Positions 58,639 through 64,000 of a DNA stretch of 64,000 nt are shown here, piece by piece (positions within the stretch are counted from its first letter, which is position 1; the number at the start of each line of letters is the position of its first letter). Position numbers and translations under genes: made by a program. A model generated the notes under the pieces. That model was not told where the DNA came from and made no database searches. It saw only the letters and a list, made by a program, of their open reading frames with translations. Origin of the DNA: Endomicrobiales bacterium (lineage in GTDB: Bacteria; Elusimicrobiota; Endomicrobiia; Endomicrobiales; JALOBY01); assembly GCA_963796955.1 (NCBI GenBank), contig CAWCNJ010000005.1, forward strand, positions 1 to 64,000, written 5' to 3'.

Positions 58639-59540
58639 TTTACCACGGCGCCATCAGGTGCTATCATTACCGCCCGGGCATTCGTTTTTCCCAACAGGAA
58701 CTGGGCTCCGTCGCGCATACCCAGCGACATGGCCGCGGTCGCGTAGGCGTTGGCGATCGTTGCCGTCGGTGCGAGCACGGTCACGCTTGAAAGGTCGTCG
58801 CGTATCTCGCCGGTCCGGGCGTCAATAATATGATGATAGCGTTTTCCCTGGTGGCTTAAATAACGCTCATAATCACCTGAGGTTACGACCGCTCCGGTTG
58901 ACACCTCTATTACTCCACAGGGGGCTTTGTCCTTGCGCATCGGGTTGGTGATACCGATTTTCCATGCGCGTGGCGCGCCACGGGCAGAGGAAACACGCAG
59001 GTCTCCGGCACCGTTTACAACAAAATTTTGTACGCCAAGGCCTTTCAGAACTGAGAACACCCGGTCTACTCCGTATGCTTTGCCTATTGAGCCAAGGCCC
59101 AGGCGCATTCCCTTCACAGGAAGGAAGACCTCGCTGCTTTCGATATATATATGTATGTTATTATATCCTATATAGGACTTTGCCTTCGCGATCTCTTCCG
59201 GCGCGGGAGGGGTGCCGCTTTTAAATGATTCGCGCCATAGAATGCCGACAGAAGCATAACTGAGATCAAAGGCGCCATTCGTTTGCGCTGAAATCTCCCA
59301 GCTATACAGTATCAGAGAAAGAACCTCGGGAGGTACTTTTACCGGGCGGATGCCGGCGTATTTGTTTATCTCGTTGAACGGGCTTTCTCTGTAATCGGTG
59401 AGAAGGTCTTCTATCCGGGATATCTCGGCATAGGCAAGGGTTATGGCGGCATTTAGTTCTTCCGGCGACTGAGAATCAGGGTAGGCCTGTATGCTGAAAC
59501 TACCACCCATACAATTTTTATTTACCACTACCGGCCCCAT
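58611..59540 (-). CDS. apbE: FAD:protein FMN transferase ApbE
   Basis: TNGAFD, GSIGKAY, GAGD, TSGDYERY, HHIIDARTG. Confidence 0.93.
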   Translation of the reverse strand: MGPVVVNKNCMGGSFSIQAYPDSQSPEELNAAITLAYAEISRIEDLLTDYRESPFNEINKYAGIRPVKVPPEVLSLILYSWEISAQTNGAFDLSYASVGILWRESFKSGTPPAPEEIAKAKSYIGYNNIHIYIESSEVFLPVKGMRLGLGSIGKAYGVDRVFSVLKGLGVQNFVVNGAGDLRVSSARGAPRAWKIGITNPMRKDKAPCGVIEVSTGAVVTSGDYERYLSHQGKRYHHIIDARTGEIRDDLSSVTVLAPTATIANAYATAAMSLGMRDGAQFLLGKTNARAVMIAPDGAVVKCNLDTINA

Positions 59541-60742
59541 TAGAATGTACCGCCAAGGCTTAACTGATAGAGAACCGCGCTCAAGTCGTTGGAACGGTTA
59601 TAATATATTATGCCACCGCCAAATTCAATTTCACTGAACATCATGTTAACGTCAATGCTATAGGTGCATTGCAGGCCCAGTTCACGCGAGTCGAACCGTG
59701 CGAGGTCGGAGTCCGACGTCATATACGGCAGGCGTACCGTAAAATTGTCCTTATAATACGCGGAGCCATTCTGGGAATAATACCGGTACAATAACCGTAT
59801 CAGGCCCTGCTGTCTTTCGCCGAGGGCAAAAGCAAGGGACGGTTCATAGGTGTTGGCGTAAATACCCCAATCATCAGTGTAATAGCGGTAATCCAAATGC
59901 ACCGCCAGATAATCGTTGATGCCGTGTATCAGGCGAATGGTGTAGGTGTTCTTATTTCGTTTGTCCGGCAACACCTCTGCAACCCTGGCGCCCGTGAGGG
60001 CTTCACTGTTGCGATCGGTAGAAAGATGCCCGCTCTGGCGAGTAAAACCTGAACCAAACAACACAACATCATCGGGGCTCAGTATCTGCGAGATCGAAAT
60101 GTCATACGTGTCCGTTACCCTGGGCGCCCAGCCGGTAAACGTGGTAGTGGGCAGATCAAAAAGGTTCACCTGATCATCGTAGTGCATTACGCCGGCGGAC
60201 AACATGAAGTTGTCTTCCACGAGTGACCGTTGAAGGCTTACACCGCTATGATTAGAGTGGTAGTCCTGTTGCGTTGAAGCGCCAAAAGTTGGAATTAGTA
60301 CCCAGGCGCCTGCTTTTTGTGCCAGCGAAATATCAAAAGCCTGCCGGTTCTCCCATTTCCTTTGCGGCGCGGATGTGCTCGCGCTAGCAGGGTCATCTTC
60401 ATCCTCATCAGTGATTCCATGTCCCGGGTTGGTGTTCGCCGCGGGCGCCCCGCCAGAAGCCCCCGTGGCCGTATCGAAAATGGCGTCAGAGGCCCCTGAA
60501 AATGTATCCAGCGTGAAATTCAAATTCAATTTAGTACGGCTGCTTATCTGATCTTCCATATATAATACGGGCTCATGTACCGTCAGGCTTTGATCCCCGC
60601 TGCCATCGTAGACCTGCTTTCCGCCTTGGCCTGCCTGGTTTATCATGGTATATACCAAAAGCGTTTTGATACGCGCGTGGGCAACCATCTCCAGATACAA
60701 AAGGATCGCCCCGATCACAAGGGATCTTTTAATTACAGCCAC
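59540..60742 (-). CDS. DUF3570-like outer-membrane protein
   Basis: GTG start after GGAGG overlapping DUF4266; DTFSGAS, LPDKR, YRYYTDDWGI, YRYYSQ, TSDSDL; terminal F. Confidence 0.8.
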   Translation of the reverse strand: MAVIKRSLVIGAILLYLEMVAHARIKTLLVYTMINQAGQGGKQVYDGSGDQSLTVHEPVLYMEDQISSRTKLNLNFTLDTFSGASDAIFDTATGASGGAPAANTNPGHGITDEDEDDPASASTSAPQRKWENRQAFDISLAQKAGAWVLIPTFGASTQQDYHSNHSGVSLQRSLVEDNFMLSAGVMHYDDQVNLFDLPTTTFTGWAPRVTDTYDISISQILSPDDVVLFGSGFTRQSGHLSTDRNSEALTGARVAEVLPDKRNKNTYTIRLIHGINDYLAVHLDYRYYTDDWGIYANTYEPSLAFALGERQQGLIRLLYRYYSQNGSAYYKDNFTVRLPYMTSDSDLARFDSRELGLQCTYSIDVNMMFSEIEFGGGIIYYNRSNDLSAVLYQLSLGGTF

Positions 60743-60950
60743 AGCCTCCTCCTGCGTTTTGCCCGGTACCCCCGGAGGCGCCTTCCCGTATGGCATGAAA
60801 TTCATACAGCGTTCCCTGAAGCTGAGGCTGGGGTTCAAACTGCATTTTTTGCGTCGCAAGGTCTCCGCGGTCTATCTGGTGGACCATCGCGCACGAGCTT
60901 ATGCCAAACGGCAGGGCGCAAATGACAATGGACAGAAAGTAGCGTTTCAT
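60729..60950 (-). CDS. DUF4266-like small lipoprotein
   Basis: Lipobox ISSC; C-terminal REGASGG...GGGCGCN. Confidence 0.85.
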   Translation of the reverse strand: MKRYFLSIVICALPFGISSCAMVHQIDRGDLATQKMQFEPQPQLQGTLYEFHAIREGASGGTGQNAGGGCGCN

Positions 60951-60951
60951 T

Positions 60952-62379
60952 CTAACAGTCGCCCCGTTCGCTGATATCCCTGATTATCGCCTGATAATAT
61001 TCTATCCACTCTATCACAAAATGCTGCATGCTCACTTCAACCGGGAACGTGGTGCCATCCTTTCGCTTGTGGGTCGCCCTGAAAATATTCGAACCTTTTT
61101 GATCCACTATCAATAGGCCGGTTTTCACGCTTTCCAGTGAATCTGTGGTTACCAGGTCATTAAATGTCATTTCCGCCAGCTCATCGTGGGTGTATTGGTA
61201 CACCCGCAGGGCTTTGTCATTGGCCTCTACAACGCGCATATCTTTGTTCATCATCATAATAATATCGTTGGCGAATTTTATCAAATAGTCGTACTTTTTC
61301 GTCATGGATTTTCGTTCCACTTCGAAGGTGTACTGTTTCCGGTAAAAACCTACCAGCTGGCCGTACCACATAATGCCAAGCCAGGCGCCAAGCCCGACCA
61401 CAAAGATCACGTCGAGAACAATAACATAGTACGCCCTTTCTCTAACGGGCTCGTTGACTTCCGCTTTATCGATCTTCTCTATCAGCTGCCAGGACGTACC
61501 AGGGATGCTGCGTAGGGAAACAAGCACGGGAACACCGCGGTAATCCAACCCCTCGCCTTTTAGTTTTTTGTCGCCTACCGCCAGAGGGTCCAGGTAACCC
61601 TCTTTTGCCGAAGGCTGCCTGAGCGTAAGGGCACTGTCCTTTAAATACTTCAGTTCGTTCAGATATTGTACGCTGTCATCTTTTTCCCTGACCAGATAGG
61701 TTTCCATAGTTTTGTCCAGGCCCGGGCTTGCCTGCAAAAGCGGGTAGAGAAATTTGTATGGATTGATCTTCAATACGATAAGGCCTATTACTTTTGTAGT
61801 GTTCAGGCTTGTCTCAAATACCGGTACATAAATATCCAGGTCTATGGTCTGGTCAAAATCGTTCCGGTAGAGGTCCGAGAATATTATTTTCTTTGTTTGT
61901 ATGGCCTTCAGCCCCTGGCCGGTGCCATATTTATCAAGCGGCACATGCTCGCCGCCGGAACAGCCGAAGGCGATAAGCTTAAGCGATGTATCATACAAAT
62001 AGATGCCATCGTACTCAGGGTTTTTGTGGATATCGGCGGTCCATTTGCAAAAAAACTCCTGCCGCACGATGCTGTCGCCTATGTCGGACAGGTGCTTGAA
62101 TTTCCGGGCATCTACATAATACGGCGTCAGCGTGAAGGCGTCGTCCAGGCGTTCCTGTCGCCAATTGGTTATCTGGTTGGCCTTTAGCTCAGATATTATC
62201 GCCAGGTCGTTCTCGCTCTCCCTGATGTTTATTTTCTTTATGCTTCGAAAATATACGTAACTGGCCGCGATAACTATAACTATCAGCAGCACATAGACGG
62301 AGGACAAACGTTTTATGGTGGTCTTTAGATTCTGGTTTATTGCGGTGAACTGGATGATGGTATTTCTCCTGTATATCAA
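60952..62379 (-). CDS. Membrane sensor (TM-Cache-like-TM-PAS) with no output domain
   Basis: Two TM helices, DYRGVPVL; PAS HKRKDGTTFPVEVS..IIRDISER followed almost immediately by a stop. Confidence 0.8.
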   Translation of the reverse strand: MIYRRNTIIQFTAINQNLKTTIKRLSSVYVLLIVIVIAASYVYFRSIKKINIRESENDLAIISELKANQITNWRQERLDDAFTLTPYYVDARKFKHLSDIGDSIVRQEFFCKWTADIHKNPEYDGIYLYDTSLKLIAFGCSGGEHVPLDKYGTGQGLKAIQTKKIIFSDLYRNDFDQTIDLDIYVPVFETSLNTTKVIGLIVLKINPYKFLYPLLQASPGLDKTMETYLVREKDDSVQYLNELKYLKDSALTLRQPSAKEGYLDPLAVGDKKLKGEGLDYRGVPVLVSLRSIPGTSWQLIEKIDKAEVNEPVRERAYYVIVLDVIFVVGLGAWLGIMWYGQLVGFYRKQYTFEVERKSMTKKYDYLIKFANDIIMMMNKDMRVVEANDKALRVYQYTHDELAEMTFNDLVTTDSLESVKTGLLIVDQKGSNIFRATHKRKDGTTFPVEVSMQHFVIEWIEYYQAIIRDISERGDC

Positions 62380-62452
62380 TTACATAATTGTACTTGATAA
62401 ACCGGCGCTCAGGGGTAACGGCTTTCTACGTTACGATGACTAGTTTCCGGGC

Positions 62453-62497
62453 AAAAAAAACGGGTGCCGCGAATTTTGTCCGCGACACCCGTTTTTT
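62453..62497. terminator. Bidirectional intrinsic terminator after glnA
   Basis: A8-cgggtgccgcg..cgcgacacccg-T6. Confidence 0.85.
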
Positions 62498-62512
62498 ATT
62501 TAATCTGCGCCC

Positions 62513-62540
62513 GTAGAGACGCAAAATATTGCGTCTCTAC
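62513..62540. repeat. REP-like 28-bp palindrome (GTAG type)
   Basis: gtagagacgcaa-aata-ttgcgtctctac; 1 nt after the glnA stop. Confidence 0.85.
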
Positions 62541-62541
62541 A

Positions 62542-64000
62542 TTAATATATAAACAACATCTGTTCGTACGTCGGAACCGGCCACAGGTCGCCGGGGATCT
62601 CGGCTTCCAGCAGGTCTACCTGCTCGCGCAGTTTCTTCATGTTAGCTATAAGTACCGCGGGGTCAGCACCTTTGTCCAACGCTGCCTCAAGGGCGCCGGT
62701 GACCGTGAATATCTTATCGCCTAACGCCGCTACCGTGGCAAGAGAAGAAGCCGTGGCTTTGGATTCCGTCCCTGACTTTTTGATACTTTCGCTCAGGTTA
62801 GAAAGTTCGGCCTGATAGGAAAGGGCAGCGGGAATGAAGAGCGTCTTCGCCATCTTAAGGGCTACGCCGGCTTCAATATGAACAACTTTTTCATATAGTT
62901 CCTTGTAGATCTCATTGCGGGAATGCAGCTCTTCCTTGGTAAGCACTTTATGTTTCTCAAAGAGCTTGAAGGTCTCTTCCTTTTCCATTTCGGCAAGTGC
63001 TTCCGGGGTCGTCTTCAGGTTCAGCAGGCCGCGTTTTTCAGCTTCGGCATGCCACTCTTCGGAATAGTTGTCGCCGTCATAGACAATGCGCTTATGTTTC
63101 TTGACGATATCCTGCAACACTTTCTGCAGGTCTTTATTGAAGTTGGCCTTGCTGGATTTCTCAAGGATGTCGCACATATCGCTGATCGCGTCGGCAACGA
63201 TGGTGTTAAGGATGAGGTTGGCGGCTCCCAGGCTCATGGAAGATCCCACCGCGCGGAACTCGAACTTGTTGCCGGTGAAGGCAAAAGGCGAGGTGCGGTT
63301 ACGGTCGGTCACGTCGCGGCCAATCGGCGGCAACATGGTTACGCCAAGCTCAAGCGTGCCGCCTTCCTTGGAAGACTTCGCGCCGCCTTTTTCTATCTGG
63401 CCGATGATGTCGGTAAGCTGTTCGCCAAGGAATATGGAGATTATAGCAGGCGGAGCTTCGTTGGCTCCAAGGCGGTGATCGTTGCCGGCAGAGGCGACGG
63501 CTGCGCGCAGCACGCCCTGATGTGTATCAATAGCTTTTAGCAGGGCGCATATAACGGTGATAAAGATAGCGTTGTCATGCGGGGTCGCGCCGGGTTCAGC
63601 CAATTCTTTCCGTCCGGGCCGATTATTGACCAGTTGTTATGCTTGCCCGAGCCGTTGATACCGGCGAACGGCTTTTCGTGCAGCAGGCAGACAAGGCCGT
63701 GCTTATCGGCAAGCTGACGCATGGTTTCCATGACCATCATGTTGTGGTCGATGGCAAGGTTCATTTCTTCATATATAGGAGCGAGCTCGAACTGTGCGGG
63801 AGCCACTTCGTTATGACGTGTTTTTGCCGGAATGCCAAGCTTCCACAAGCCGCGGTCAAGATCTTCCATGAAATTCATGATCCGCGAGCGTACCGCGCCG
63901 AAATAGTGGTCTTCCAGCTGCTGATTTTTTGAAGGCTTGCGGCCAAACAATGTGCGGCCGGTCTGCATCAGGTCGCTGCGCTGAAGGAAATATTCTTTAT
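62542..64000 (-). CDS. glnA: Glutamine synthetase type III (5' end outside window; frameshift near 63600)
   Basis: [55 protein letters not shown]. Confidence 0.95.

Noticed and set aside
60743..60859. N-terminal extension of the 439-aa DUF3570 ORF
   Set aside because: It overlaps DUF4266; GTG 60742 has an RBS and gives a signal-like N-terminus.

Overview
Bacterial chromosome segment, nearly all genes on the minus strand. It probably comes from Elusimicrobiota (Endomicrobiia-like); this is an inference from the EF-Tu N-terminal signature, the gene order and the giant-protein N-terminus. In transcription order (right to left): glnA (type III GS, 5'-truncated by the window edge), an output-less Cache/PAS sensor, a DUF4266-DUF3570-apbE-tlpA flavinylation cluster, a small AT-rich accessory region (ORF6N fragment, MORN lipoprotein split by an IS3-like element with atypical ends, GIY-YIG protein, higBA), a full rRNA operon (16S, tRNA-Ile, tRNA-Ala, 23S, 5S) and an outer-membrane protein gene. 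Next come the L10 leader, rplJL-rpoBC and the str-S10-spc-alpha clusters (no rpmD, no rplKA), running directly into mreBCD-mrdA-rodA-radical SAM-rng. Last is a leader ORF in front of a giant (>2,200 codon) secreted-type gene that runs off the left edge. Several essential genes (rpoB, rpoC, fusA, tuf, rpsJ, rplF, glnA) carry frameshifts, which look like long-read consensus errors. Highlights: (1) a ~75-bp hairpin+RBS cassette repeated four times in the spc region, each ending exactly at a start codon; (2) a hairpin upstream of rpsH that copies the S8-binding site of 16S helix 21; (3) a Pho-box-like promoter, exported leader ORF and intragenic terminator gating the giant gene; (4) several palindromic repeat families, some inserted in frame into proteins.
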